A stretch of DNA of 58,021 nucleotides, counting the filler, from Sluysia triapertura (Eukaryota), in the NCBI GenBank assembly GCA_046118255.1. It is 4 parts of 4 records of this genome, joined end to end, with 100 filler letters (N's around TTAATTAATTAA, not from the genome) between each part and the next. Parts side by side here need not be neighbours in the genome. Positions count along the whole stretch, not along the records: positions 12,072 to 25,623 come from JBJNIA010033043.1; positions 25,724 to 39,981 come from JBJNIA010001674.1; 2 more parts are not named here. One strand, 5' to 3'. The position numbers and the translations under genes are program-made. Positions 14,517 through 27,985 of the stretch are shown in pieces (the first letter of the stretch is position 1; the number at the start of each line of letters is the position of its first letter). Below the pieces are notes generated by a model that was given only the letters and a program-made list of their open reading frames with translations, ran no database searches and was not told the origin of the DNA.

Positions 14517-15856
14517 TTAACACATTGCGTGCCAAGCACTGTTTGGTAATACATGACAAAATTTCCACGTAGTGATGTTATTTGTAGGATATTTCTTGTT
14601 GAAGATATGCTTTAATTAATTTCTCTTATATTTTTATTAACTTTAGATGAATTTTTTATTTCTTTTTACTGTCATGCATAGATGAATGACATGTTATTTA
14701 ATTTTAATTAAAAAATGTTATTTAATTTTCAAGACATCACACGATTACATTTTCTACATTAAATTTTCTAAAATAAAAATTTTACTCTAAAATACTAATT
14801 GTAAAATGAATATCTAAAATATTGTTTAATATGGAAATCATTAACTCAGTTTCGATAAAAAGGTCTTTCAGTATGAATATTCTTATTTTTATTAATGTTA
14901 ATTCCTTAATTATGTTAGTTTAAAATTTTCATTAAATAACTTCATTAGATTAACATTTATGTTTCAATCTGAACAAAACAGTATTTTGTACAAATCGACA
15001 AAATTTTCCGACATTACACATTATTAATGCTAGCTGATAAAACTATTTTGTTTGACATAATTTACATGCTAAAATAACTAACATCAAATTCTAAAAGTAC
15101 GTCAATTTGGCCTTGTAAAATAGGTAACGTTTTCATTAACTGAATGAAATTAAAATTGAAAATAAATTAATAATACTTTGTCCAAAGGCATTCTTCGTAA
15201 TACACCATCATCACGTCTAAATTAGAAAAATCAGTATTATATGATATAATAATTCGTTATTATAATTTAAACTCTAAAACAAGTTTTTACAATTCCTTAT
15301 TACTTATACAAATGATTAAAAATACCTTAGATATGTGTCTATCTTGAATAAATCTTGAATATAAAGTGAGAATAATAGAATGCAAAAAACTAACTTAATG
15401 TAGTTTTAATTCATTAAAATATACTCTTTAACCCTTTGCGAACAACGGACTTTATTAGAGTGCTGAGGGTCAAGTCCAAGATAATTTTTAGAACGAATAA
15501 ATGGAAAATAAACACAATTGTAATGAATGTATGACAATGAAATATGACCAGTGGACCTCTTCAACCAAAATGTAATATCCAATGGTATTGGACAGTGGGC
15601 CATAAAAGGTAAAATTAAAAATTTAAGGAACCAAACATAACGAGGATGTTATTATTTACAAATTATTATGATCTTGATAATTTAATGTTCAAGTAGTGAA
15701 AAAATTAGGAAATAAAATTTTACTTCTGCATTATATGCAAGGGGATAATAAAGCAACTTAGGTGTTTTAAAAACCGTCAAAAGCTATTTTGATAAAATCG
15801 TAATTTACTTGATGAAACTGTATCTAGTAACGCATTGAACATTCTATGAATGTTAA
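14517..15856 (+). mobile_element. Decayed piggyBac-like element
   Basis: TTAACACATTG left end and ...ATGTTAA right end (weak TIR match). Internal KWKINTIV and VDLFNQNV...IKGK resemble piggyBac WxDNxxV and GGVDxxDQ...RGKKW. Confidence 0.4.
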
Positions 15857-17432
15857 TGGTTATTCTGTTAAATTTTCTAAATTTTAATAAATAAATTTTT
15901 CATTTGGTAAAAATGTTCTTATTACGTATTTATCTTTTATGTTTCTTTTTAAAATTGAGTAGCTTAAATTTAACAAAATTCTTTCCTTATTCATTATAAA
16001 TATTAAAACATTTAAATTTCAATGTTAAATTTATTTTATTATTACTTAATATGTTTAGATGTTTCACGATAAGATTCATATTCAACAATGCATCATTTTC
16101 AACTGTAACACTGGTCCATACACTACAAAAGCAATTGAAGAATTGAATAATCCAAATACTCTAATTTGAGGGATCAACCTAAATCTGAAAGACCACAGAA
16201 TTGGAAAGGTATTATGACACAGATGTTGAATCTAATTAAAAATTTTCTAGTTAAGAAATCATTAAAAATTACTTGAAAATATACATAAAATGCTAAGTTT
16301 GGCAGCAGAAAAGTGTCTGTTGAAACTTTTCATTATCAAGAATGAATAGTGATTTTATATGGAGATAAATGAATATTATATTTTAACAAGAATAGTGACA
16401 CTCTTAGATCACCCTATTGAACAAACTCATTACAATAAACGCCCGAAATTATTATTGGTAAATAGAGAAAAATTGTAATTTTGCTTCATATTTCAAGTCA
16501 CTTGGAGTGCACTGACAGAATTTGAATCCGAAATACTGCTACATTCCTGTTAGATATTGCTCCGTCTGTGTAGTTCAGTACAAACTTTCTTAAAGCACAG
16601 AGAATAAGAGGAAGTGAATGATATAAAATTGGCATTGTTCAAATTTTGACTTCAAATCAAAAGATGCTTACAGCAATGGAATTATTCTAATGACTCAATA
16701 CATTGTAATTCATAAAAACATATTTTTATATTTCTCATTTATCGTAGACTTTCAATAATAAAATTAATTTATTTTCTTAATTAATTTTTCGTTTTAGTGG
16801 GACTCCTGTTGTGTTTTGTTCCATGATCCATCAGGACTTTATTGTTTTTAAACAATAAGAACAATATATTTTCTTTTCGACCAATTTAATTATTTTTAAG
16901 TCTATTACGACTTATAATCATAAAAACATTATTTTTTAAGTCAAGTAGAATTTATTTTGAATTCATTGCAAATGCAAATTTAACCATAAATATCTATGCC
17001 AATGAACAAAAAGTTCGTTTAACTACGTTTTAATTTATTGGTTAACTCTACTTTATTGAGTTCTTGTCAAAATATTATCCTTATAGTATCTGTATCTTAC
17101 TTAATATTTATTAACATTTAAATGAAGTAATTTAAGTAGTAATAATAATTGTAATGCAACGTTTTTGTCAATAAATAAGATGTTTTCAAAACTTTAAGAC
17201 TATGGATAAGTAAGAACTTCACCAATACCTCAAGAATGCTATAAACGACCTCGGCCAAACTTAAAAACGCTCAAATTAATTTTAATTTTTCATGTAATTA
17301 AATGGATGCAACATTACTGAAATTCTTTCAAATTTTCAGTTAGAATTGAAATAATACAATTAAAAATAAGTTCATTAATTCTATTAACTTCACTTGTACA
17401 AAAATTATAAAAATTTATAAAAACAAACAAAC

Positions 17433-20400
17433 CCTCGTTTGATTTTACAAAAGTCGAAAGCCATTAACCGATAAGTAACGTTTTTTTCGTTTACATATTT
17501 AGAATAAGACTTGATATATTGAGACATTTCATAGCCTGAAAATATAAAAAATTTATTTAATCATAATTATAGTCTACTATTTTAATTAGTTCATTAATAT
17601 TTATTGAACATTCAAAGATCAGTATTTTATTTTGAATATTGATCATTGCTAATATACAAAATATTAAATTTAATAAACATCAAAATTACATGATAATGTA
17701 AAATAGAAAAAATTCAAATACATAGAAAGCAGATAAAATATATCAAATTTTCTCAAAACAAATAGTTCTTGTATTAACAAAACTTCAATATTATTGGCTT
17801 TTATGTTTTCTAAGTGCTGCCCAGATAATATTACCAACACAATTATTTTAGCTGCTTCAACTGCTGCAATAAGTACTTGTCTCTTCTCTTAATATGATAT
17901 GACTAAGTAGCATCCCATTTTCAGCAACTTGACCATTTATCGCAACTAATCCATAGTCATTTTGATTGTTAAGATGCTTAGCCCGAAACTGAGCAACCAA
18001 TTCTGAACTGTCACATCCACCATTACGTGCAATTTTTGGCAGTATAAACAAAGCTCGACTAAATATTTCTGCCTAAATACTTGTACTGGTGACACAAAAT
18101 CATCCAAATAATCTTGTTTCGTAAATACTTTACCGACTATTTACGTGACATTTACTTCCATAATTCATAAATGACTGTTTGTTGTAGTAATTGCGACGTA
18201 ATTACCGAATCTCCTGGTAATCGGAAACTTTGTTCAAACGATACAAATTCCAATGATAATTTGACGATAATGATAATATTAATAATAATAATACATAAAA
18301 ATACTTCTGTTAATTTATTTTAAGCGCCTCCGAGCACCCAAATTGCTGTGGATAATGGCGCAATATAAAAAAATAATTATAGTAACAAAATAAATAGTAA
18401 AATTTCGGAAAACAAACTTAATGTCATTAAGATACAATAATTTATACAGAATACACAATGATAATAGATTAAGTGTTTTGTTATATACCGTTTGTTTCAA
18501 ACATATGTTTTAATTATCTACAAACGACCAACATTATACTAATGATGCATACCAACATCCTTTAATATTTACATCACACAAATTCAATGAAAAGTACTAA
18601 ATTAACACTATTCAACATAGATTTCTTTTTCTTCTAAAAATCCATTTAAACTCCTTTTTATACATCGCAATAAAAAAACTTAATGTAATTTAATTTAATA
18701 TAACGTTTTTTATTCTATTTACATTAATTGTTTTTGTTTTATTCTTTTTCGTACTTTCTGCAAAGGATTTATCACAAATATCTTATATTCTCCCATCAAA
18801 AAATTGATATAAAATGAACACATGATTCAATATTTAAACATCGTACTCCTTCAATTTTACATACAAATGATAAAATAAAATAGTTTAAAAATAAAATACA
18901 CCGAAAATAAATTATAACTCACAAAATAAAATAAACTTTAAAATATAAATCAATCATAAATCACTCAAAAATAATTATATTTCATAGTGATTCGTAAAAT
19001 GCATTTTATACAACTTTAAAAAGAATATAAACCTACTAAAATTTGCAATTAATTGTATTCAATATCATTAACAAAATAAATTATCCATTAACGTAATAAA
19101 ATAATTCTTTTATAAATTCCGTGTTATAAACTAAATTTTAAAAAAAATTAATACATTCCGTTAATAATGTAAATTTTAGAAATTAAACAAAAGTTTCAAT
19201 CACAAAATTAAAAATGTTATCGCAATTTGCATACATATTATTGTTACAAGTCTCAATAGATTTCACAAATTCTTCTAACATTACTTATTGATCAACATTA
19301 TTATTTATTTAATATTATTTAATATTTTAATAGTTGGTTTTGGAAGTACATGAACAAATTTATATTGAATCGAAGTATGTTACGTTATAATTAAAAAACA
19401 AATACATAATTAATATAATTATGTATAACCAAATGACTGTGATCTCAATATCATGCTTTTAGTAAAGTGTCGTATTCAATTTTTGGTAATCTCTAGTGAT
19501 TACTTCATTACTTCCGTAACCGGCTGACTTAATCTTTAAAATTCAACCTAATTTGTCAGACCGTAACTTAATTGAATAAACTAAGTAATAAATTTACTAT
19601 TAAAAATATTGATATTAATGATGCAGAAAATTCTTTAATTTTCTTTTAATGAAATAATTTTGTAATATTGAAAACATTCAATATAGCTGTCTGAATTTTC
19701 CTATAAAATTTAGACGCAATTGCCGTTATTATGATTTAAATTGCAAGAGGAATAATCAATTTCAAATCAACAATTTATATTTCAACATTTCAATTTACGT
19801 GACAAGATCCATGAATAAGTAAGATTATTTTACATAGGTTTTCAAAATATGATAATTAAAATCCCAGGTAAAATATAAACAACTTATATCCTAGACAAAA
19901 GGTGCGCAAACTGGGGGGCAAGCCTGCGAATGGGGGCGCGTGATATTTTTTGTTGTTTTTACTAATTCAAGTAATTCCACCATCTAATTCTATAATTTAC
20001 GTTACGTTCTTGATGTAGAACAATCATCAAGAATAAAATTTCAAAGTAAATATACTTACAAATTCATAAAGAAATTATACATGTGCTTTATACAAGAGAT
20101 GTTACGCTATTTAGTATTCTGCTATCTTTTAGCTGTTAATTAAAAATAATGTTAGCAGACTGCTATCACAATCGCGAAATAGCAGCTATTAATAAGAGCT
20201 GCATGTTCAATATTAACAGTCATAATATTGCATTTTTGATATTGTTGAGGAGCTAACTCGAACTCGACAATTACATATTAAATTTGATTGATATTTGACT
20301 TATTTCATTTATTGATTTTATTATTTACATTTCTTTGAAATTATTTATGTAAATATTATTATTATATTTTATTATTTACATTTTAAAATTTACTTATTAT

Positions 20401-23400
20401 TATATAAATATAAATTTAGCAAAAATATATAAATTAATAAAAATATAAATTGATTGATAAAAAATACAAAATAAATTAAAATATAAATTTATTGATTAGT
20501 AAAAATGACAATATAAAATAAATTTGTTTAAATTGGTAATTGTTTTAATTGTCTAATTTAAAAAATTAACAAAATGGTGGAAAGAAATTCAATATATAAG
20601 GTAAGCCAATTTCTGATAACACAATTAGAATTAAGGAAATAGAATTAAATTCACGAATCAAATTCAAAAAACGACTTCCATGAAAAAATAATTCAGTTAT
20701 TTATAAGTTTCTCTAAGTCCTAATTTTAATAGAATAGGACCTAAAATTTTACTTAAAATACCTAACTTATTGTCAGACCGTAAAAAGGCTGACTTAAAAT
20801 CAAACTAAAATGTATTTTAAAAAATCTAAGAATTTCTTAAGATTTTAAACTCATTATCGTTAAGATATTTACCTCTTTTACCTGCTCTAAAATCTTTGGA
20901 TTGATTCTATTGTAAAATTTATTACCATTCTGTTTTGTGTAGAATATAATTGTTCAATATTTACATCAAATTATGTTATTTAAAATCCGTACTAATTTTA
21001 ATCAGACCGTAAAAAGGCTAATTTAACGTTTAAAATCATTAAATATTTGACAGACCGTAAAAAGGCTGTCTTCACTTACAGATAAAAGAAAAATTAAAAT
21101 TACTGTAATACAGTAATTTACAGTTGATTTTCAGTTCAAACTATCTTTTAAAGTTAACTTCATTATGTTATAAGTCTAATTAGACCGTCGTCAGCTAATT
21201 AGCCAAACTCTCCTCCAGACGTTGACTATTTTGCTAACTAGGTTCTTTTTAAGACAGAACACTTGCAATATTAAGAATTAAAATTTAATTGTTAATTTTT
21301 CTTTATTTTGGCCAAAGAATTAGAACTGTTGTTTTCATAATATTTAATTTAATTAATTTAAAAGAAACAGAAAAATACATTTTGTTATTAAAATGTGTTT
21401 ATTTTATTTATGAAGTTTTTTTATAGTGGAGTTGTGACTTTATTAAGTTGGGGGCACAACTTAAAAAGTTTGCGCACGCCTGTTCTAGACTGTAACTTTT
21501 AGGTTAATCTTAGTTTAAATCTTCAAACACTAAAGGAATCAGATTCTTTTAAGTGTTAAATAAAATAAATAAATTTTTCTTTTGTGTTTTTGTTATTATT
21601 ATTTAAGTTTATATAAAGTTTTTTTGATTTAATAAGCACTAAGGAGTGTTATCACGTTGTTTTTGAAGATAATAAAGATTATTACGTCATTTAGAGTAGT
21701 TAAAAATAAATTATTGAGCACATAAGCTAGACATTAACGTATTAAATTTAATCTGTGTACGTTAGACCTTAAAGGCTAAATTAAATCACGATTCATAAAC
21801 TAGATCTTAAAAACTAGTTTAATTTATAATCTTTGTGTAAATGTAGCAATAATATTAAAAAACTTCTCTTACGATTCAGAACTATAAGGTGAATATATCT
21901 TCACTGTTATTAACATATTATAATCTTGTATTAAACGGAAAATCCTAGCAAGCCGTTTTCTAAGCATAGATATAAAACATTCTTGTTAGGCGATCTGACC
22001 TCTAGATATTTTGTAAGGATAAGTATATTGCTCTACAATGTTACTTTAACATATTGAATGCCACGGAGATCACCGATGACGCCAAGATTATTAGACACAC
22101 ATACTGGAAATTCATTAGGGTTTTAAAGCACATGATTTTACGCGTTAAACTGTTTATATGTTTTAATGTTTTGTTATTATGGCTGTGGTATTTTTGTTGA
22201 ATGTGATGTTTTGTTATTTTGATTAATCATAAAATTTCAAGTAAAAGAGTTGAACCACCACAAGTCTAACTTCCTAAAGTTTACAGACGTGTTTAATAAA
22301 CTAATTTTGGTGTAAGTTTTTTGAGTTATAAGTGCTGCATAAAGAAATAATTGCAAACACTGAGATCATAATTTTATAAATAATACATGAATTATTTAGA
22401 ATTCTGATGTTATATTATTTACAATTGAGAAAAAAAAACATTGCCCACTGTATATATTATCAATTTATTATTTTTCTATTAATTTCATTGGCGATTAGCT
22501 TTACCTATGAGTCTCTAGCTCAACATATTATGCATCACACAAATTATATATAGAAATTATTTAAAAATTTATATATCCTAGAGCCACATGTTGATACATT
22601 TCCAAGATGATATATTATTTAAAAACTTTAAGTCAATAATAAAATTTCGTTCGAACATTAGTAAACTGAAAGAAATGTATCTCCAAATACTAAGAGTTTT
22701 ACTGATCAACAAAAGCTTAAGCTTACATCTCTTCCATCACAGACGATTTAATAACTAATATCAAATTTAAAAAGGCCAATTACAAATATAAATTTAATTA
22801 GTAAAAATTACACCTTACAATTTAACGTTTGTTATTTGTACAATAAAATAAATTGTGGCACAACCGTGACATGTTATGTTATGATTCGAAATGATAAAAT
22901 TTACTCCAAATAATTTTAATAATGTGTTATTTAACGAATTTCTTATCAATGTACTTTCAAAAAAACACGGATAAAAATGAGGATATTGATACTATAAGTA
23001 CTTCATGCAATCTAAAACATTTAGTTTTACATTATTTGAAAACAAAAATAACTGAAAGTTACTAACTATTATACCATCAATAAAATAAATGCAAAATTAA
23101 TATTATAAAATGATTTCAAAATATGATGCAGTACAATTTATAAAAGAAAAGAAAATTTAGATAAGTAATGTCTAATAAATATCTAACCAATAGAACTTGC
23201 TTTATCAACAAAATTTGGAAGATAAATCTTATTGCTTCTAGCCGCCATATATTGAGAAAATTTCTTGAATTATTAAAAGTAAAAAAATAATAATTACTTC
23301 ATTTCCAAAATTCATTAAGTGATGAGTAGTTATAAATGCTTTTAATACAACAACCCAACTGGCTTGTAACGTTCTATCTATTAACAATTCTGCCAATTCC

Positions 23401-23642
23401 GGTAAAGAAACACTGATTTCGTTTGAACAGTTAGTTAAATCTGTACTCAAATCGAACAAAATAAAAATATATTTACAATCTAGGTGTTTCTTTTTCGGAG
23501 GTATTAATTCTTCAGTAGTCGCTTTAATTATGCCTCTGCCAATACCAGAACCAGCTAAACTGTACTTTGCAGCATTTACACGATCAGCTAAACTTTGCCC
23601 CGTACCATTTCCAGCTAATTGCTTAACCACTTTGCCGGCCAT
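17433..23642 (-). CDS. PICALM: PICALM/AP180 (ANTH domain) clathrin assembly protein, exons 1-4 only: 23642-23477, 23440-23298, 23263-23188, 17535-17433
   Basis: [34 protein letters not shown]; [21 protein letters not shown]|[14 protein letters not shown]; G|[33 protein letters not shown] introns of 36 nt, 34 nt and ~5.65 kb. One extra A in exon 4. Confidence 0.92.
17803..18110 (-). pseudogene. CCT2: CCT2 (TCP-1 beta) chaperonin pseudogene fragment, C-terminal part, in PICALM intron 3
   Basis: [33 protein letters not shown], then frameshifted [14 protein letters not shown] and [12 protein letters not shown]. These match CCT2 [30 protein letters not shown]...[29 protein letters not shown]. Confidence 0.8.
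19897..21482. mobile_element. Non-autonomous hAT (Charlie/Buster-type) DNA transposon
   Basis: 16-bp TIRs aaaaggtgcgcaaact / agtttgcgcacgcctg; 8-bp TSD tcctagac / ttctagac (NTCTAGAN-type target). Confidence 0.75.
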
Positions 23643-24445
23643 TGTAAAAGTAAAATTCAAACAAATATAAATTGTGAATAAATTAAAAGGTTTATAAACA
23701 AATATTTAAATAATAATAATTAAAATAGAATCAATTGAATAGAGTGGATAAACAAATGTGAAGGCTATTCACTATAAATGCATCAAAATAAATTCTTAAT
23801 AACAAAATTTAGGAGTTAAAAGAAATAATTGAGTTTGTATTAATCAAATAAAATTTTTATTTTTATTTGTAATTTCTTAAATTATAGTGATAAAACAACA
23901 GTTATACATCTGAAAATGCAATTAGATACTTAAATCGTCCTAAGAAATCAATTATTAAGAATAAATTTGTTGCGATTAACATAAGATAAGGAGAAACATA
24001 AGGGTTATGACTTACGATAATGGAATAAAATAAACATCATTGAAGAATTAGAATAAAGTATTATGTTGAAATGTAATAACAAAATAATAATAACACTTAT
24101 AAAGATAGCAAATCAAATATGCTATTGAACTTGACGTATTATACAAAAGATTCATATGAAAAATAAATTATTTCATTAATTTATCCTTAATTTAAGTTAA
24201 TAAATTGCGTTAGTGATAGGATATCTATATAATAATGATATTAAATTTTAATTTAATTATGTTGAAAAGATAAGTAGATTGTTTATCACAAATTCAATTA
24301 TCTTTGATAATTACAAAAAATAATGAAATTGGACATAGGCGGAAATTACTAATGAAATTTTATCATTAAAATTGGACGGCTTATCACTGACAAAAAAGAA
24401 TTAATAGTTTAATTTCCAATCTCCTAAATGATTTTCAAACCGCTA

Positions 24446-24598
24446 TGTTGGGATAAAGGCCTAAAGTGCCACGTAATATAAGTGAATATAATAAAAATGA
24501 AATTGTTAGACGTGGCTGATAGCTCAGTGGTAGAGCATCTAACTGCACAGGTAGAGATTCACGTTTCGATCCCCGGTGAGTCTATTTCATGAAGTCTA
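24446..24598 (+). mobile_element. tRNA-containing TIR element, copy 1 (3' arm decayed)
   Basis: TGTTGGGATAAAGGCCTAAAGTGCC...TGTTAGAC arm followed by tRNA-like GGCTGATAGCTCAGTGGTAGAGCA...TTCGATCCCCGG. Confidence 0.75.
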
Positions 24599-24691
24599 TT
24601 TAGTAAGTCCACATATCGAATACCATTCTGATGTTGAAATTAATGATTTATAAGATGTTTGAGGACAAACATAAATGAATTGGGTGAGATA

Positions 24692-24896
24692 TGTTGGAAT
24701 AGAGACCTAAAGTGCCATGTAGTATAAGTGAATATAATGTTAGACTTCGTAAAATGTACTGACCGGGGATCGAACCCGGGACCATTGCTGCGCAGTTCGA
24801 ATGCTCTACCACTGAGCTATCAACCCCGTCTAACAATTTCATTTTTAATATATTCAATTATACCAATTGGCACTTTTTAGGCCTTTTACCCCAAGA
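24692..24896 (-). mobile_element. tRNA-containing TIR element, copy 2 (complete)
   Basis: Imperfect inverted arms of ~55 and ~68 bp flank a tRNA-like core. Confidence 0.8.
24756..24827 (-). tRNA. Pseudo-tRNA (Cys/Ala-like) forming the core of the element
   Basis: A box TAGCTCAGTGGTAGAGC and T-arm/B box CCGGGTTCGATCCCCGG are intact; anticodon and acceptor stems are mismatched. Confidence 0.6.
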
Positions 24897-26099
24897 GAAA
24901 GTAATTTTAATTGAATTAATTAACAAATGATAAAACTTCAAAGGTTTTTTAGTTATCTCACGTACACAAATTAAATTACTTCGCATATACCTGCTTTAAT
25001 TTTTATTTATTGATATTGTAATAAATTTTTTATTTCTGTTTTAAATGTTTGTTTAATCTAAAATTTATTCTCAACTTCTTCTAAATCTCTTTTAATTTAG
25101 CTTTTAACTCTTTAAATTAGTATCAAGTTTAAATATATCTGATGATTATTTTAAACTAAAAAAATCCTCACTATATGTTATCAATTCAAGACCTTTTATA
25201 AAATTTATAATTATTCTAAACTTCGCTTAATATTATTAATTTATATTAAACTTAGCTGGACATACTCGTCCTTGTTGGTCCGGATAGAAGTGCTTAATGG
25301 TCTGTCAATAACTATACAGTTAGGCCTTAATCAATGTTTAACTATATTTTATAAAATCTTTTATTAGTAACGTCACTCCCAAATGAAAGTTATAATTAGA
25401 CTTTAAAATAAAACAAAAATACTGAATTATTTATTTATCCTTATCAAAAAATACGTATATAATGTTAAAACAAAATTTTAAAAACTCCAAAATAAGATAA
25501 TTAATAATTACTTAGTAATCCAATCAGAGTTAAATTATTCGATAAGTGTCGTACAATGTTATTGTATAATATCTTCTTTTTGTGACCAAATTATTCACTA
25601 AGATGTAACCAAATTTCTCCTTGNNNNNNNNNNNNNNNNNNNNNNNNNNNNNNNNNNNNNNNNNNNNTTAATTAATTAANNNNNNNNNNNNNNNNNNNNN
25701 NNNNNNNNNNNNNNNNNNNNNNNTTATTATTATCTTTGTGTATCTTTAAATGGGTATTATCAGTTTGAATTTCAAATGAATTTTAGTTCAGTTACCGCAC
25801 AAAAATTTTTTTGGATTTGCAAAACAAAATATCTTAAAGCTATTTTCGAAGTTTCGGAATATATTTTAGGCGCTTTTTATACGCTTTCTATCCTCCACAT
25901 AAAAACAGTTTTGACTTTTGAGCTTTTCCCCATATTGATAAGTAATATCTAGTGCTAAGTCTTTGCATAGCATCTTAACTAGAATCCAATTGTCCGAAAT
26001 AATATTTGCACAATTATCTTGATTAATATTTATAAACACGAGAAACCCTTTTTGGGTATTTTTACAGATAAAAATACCTATTTATATAGTATTTTCACA

Positions 26100-26310
26100 G
26101 ACATTGCATTGTAGCCAAAAATTATTTTAATTCTATTCTATGTTAATTTCTTATTAATTAATTTCACCAAAGTCAATTTTATTCTGCAATGAATTATATA
26201 TTTTAATCTTGTCCCATGTATTTGTACCGTTCTTTGGCTAATTTTCTCTACATAATAGTTAATTACATTCTATATTACAATTTTGGCTATATTTTATTTG
26301 TTATTTTTTT
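26100..26310 (-). mobile_element. gag-like repeat related to 7500-7720
   Basis: Shared segments such as cattctatattacaatt.tggct and ttctattcta...ttaatttca. Confidence 0.45.
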
Positions 26311-26939
26311 GTTATTTGTTATTGAATTTAAAAAATCGATTTCTAGCACATATTGCTGTTTTTATAAATTCGTATTTTAAAGGTTAAGTACCATTTTTAT
26401 TAGATTATACGAAACGCGACACAATCTGTTTGTTCGTATTCAAAATCACGATTGAAAATAATAATAAAAAATAATAATAATTATTATTTCTTTTGGCATG
26501 CAATTTTATTTTGGAAAAAAATCGCGATGTCCCAAAACTCACCACGTTATTACTGCTTGTGTTTTTAATTGGAGAAATATTTCAAACAACTTAACAAAAA
26601 GTACTGAAACATTACTATTTGAATTTAGAAAATTAAATTTTAACTCTGATTATGTAAAATTATTTTAATCATTTGTAAGTTAAGTAAATAAAGGTTTGTT
26701 AAATCCACTATATATGTATTAAAGGTATATGTTAGATATATCCCACGTAATTTCTGCTAATATTCTTCAAATTTATTTTTTATTTTTGAATATTATATTA
26801 CATAATTATAGTTTTAATAAATTTAAATTAACATTTAATAAGTAGAATTGGTTTTAACATAATAATTAATAGTAATAATTGTAGCCAAAATAATAGTATA
26901 CTTAATTATTAATTACTTGTTTAATTTAATAGTAATATG

Positions 26940-26974
26940 TTTAATAATAATAATAATATTATTATTATTATTAC

Positions 26975-27017
<43 letters not shown>
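26940..27017. repeat. (AAT)/(ATT)n microsatellite
   Basis: Direct read. Confidence 0.9.
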
Positions 27018-27569
27018 GCGCTCATATCTACTTCGAAAGTATTCAAAAGCGCTTAAGGTGAATCATTCGCCATAATAACTTTGATTTTTTCTTAAATATT
27101 TCATAATCTTCCAGCAATTTGACATTCTCTGGTAACTGGTTGTATATTTTTGAAACATAAACAATATACAAAAAATATATAAAAAATATATAAATGATCT
27201 TCATTCAGTAGAGTCGCGCTTTATATATAAATATATTATTCGAAACCAAATTAAAAAAAATTAAATTTACAAAAATTAAAATTAAGAAATGTGTAGTTAT
27301 TACTTTGTTACAAATACTCTATAATACCACAAAAAAATTTAAATACAATTTTAAATATTAATTTATGTATTTGTTTAGACTTTTATAATATTTAAACTTA
27401 CAACCAGTGCTAAAATTAAAAATAGGAAGTTATGCTTTTTCATAAACATATATATAGTTTATATAAATTTTTCAATAATACAAAAAGAATTCTCTTATCA
27501 TAATAACAGAAATCTGGAAGCATAATTTTGTAAAGAATTTATAATTTTACAAAATATTTATTTAAAATA

Positions 27570-27985
27570 ATTATGGAGTAAAGAAGATTATGAATATGAG
27601 ATTATGCTTGATATTAGAAGTTGATTAGCATGTAATATGAATGATAATTATTATATTAAGTATATGACAATTAAAAACAATTGGATTGATACACTTGATG
27701 ATTCCGTATGTTTTGCGTTGTTTCAGTTGATTTGAATATTAGAGTGATAATTTAACAAATTATTCGATAGTTGACGATATTCGACGTAGTTAGTTTTTTG
27801 ACATATGATAAACTACTTTAAAGCAACTTAGATTTGAAAGTAAAGTCGCAAAGTAATTGATTCTATTTTGAAAATAATATAAAAATTCTGAATATATAAA
27901 ATTTTATTGATGTGTTTAAACATTATAGGGATGTAACATTTGATTTTTATCCTACAAAAGCATATATTCCAATGCTATAAAGCTA
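27570..27985 (+). other. Possible short multi-exon gene or pseudogene, unknown product
   Basis: Small open segments separated by intron-like spacers, e.g. NNWIDTLDDS|gtatgt...attag|SDNLTNYSIVDDIRR and AK|gtaatt...tatag|DVTFDFYPTKAY. Confidence 0.25.

Noticed and set aside
24512-24585. Functional tRNA-Cys gene
   Set aside because: Mismatched stems and enlarged anticodon loop; part of a dispersed repeat.
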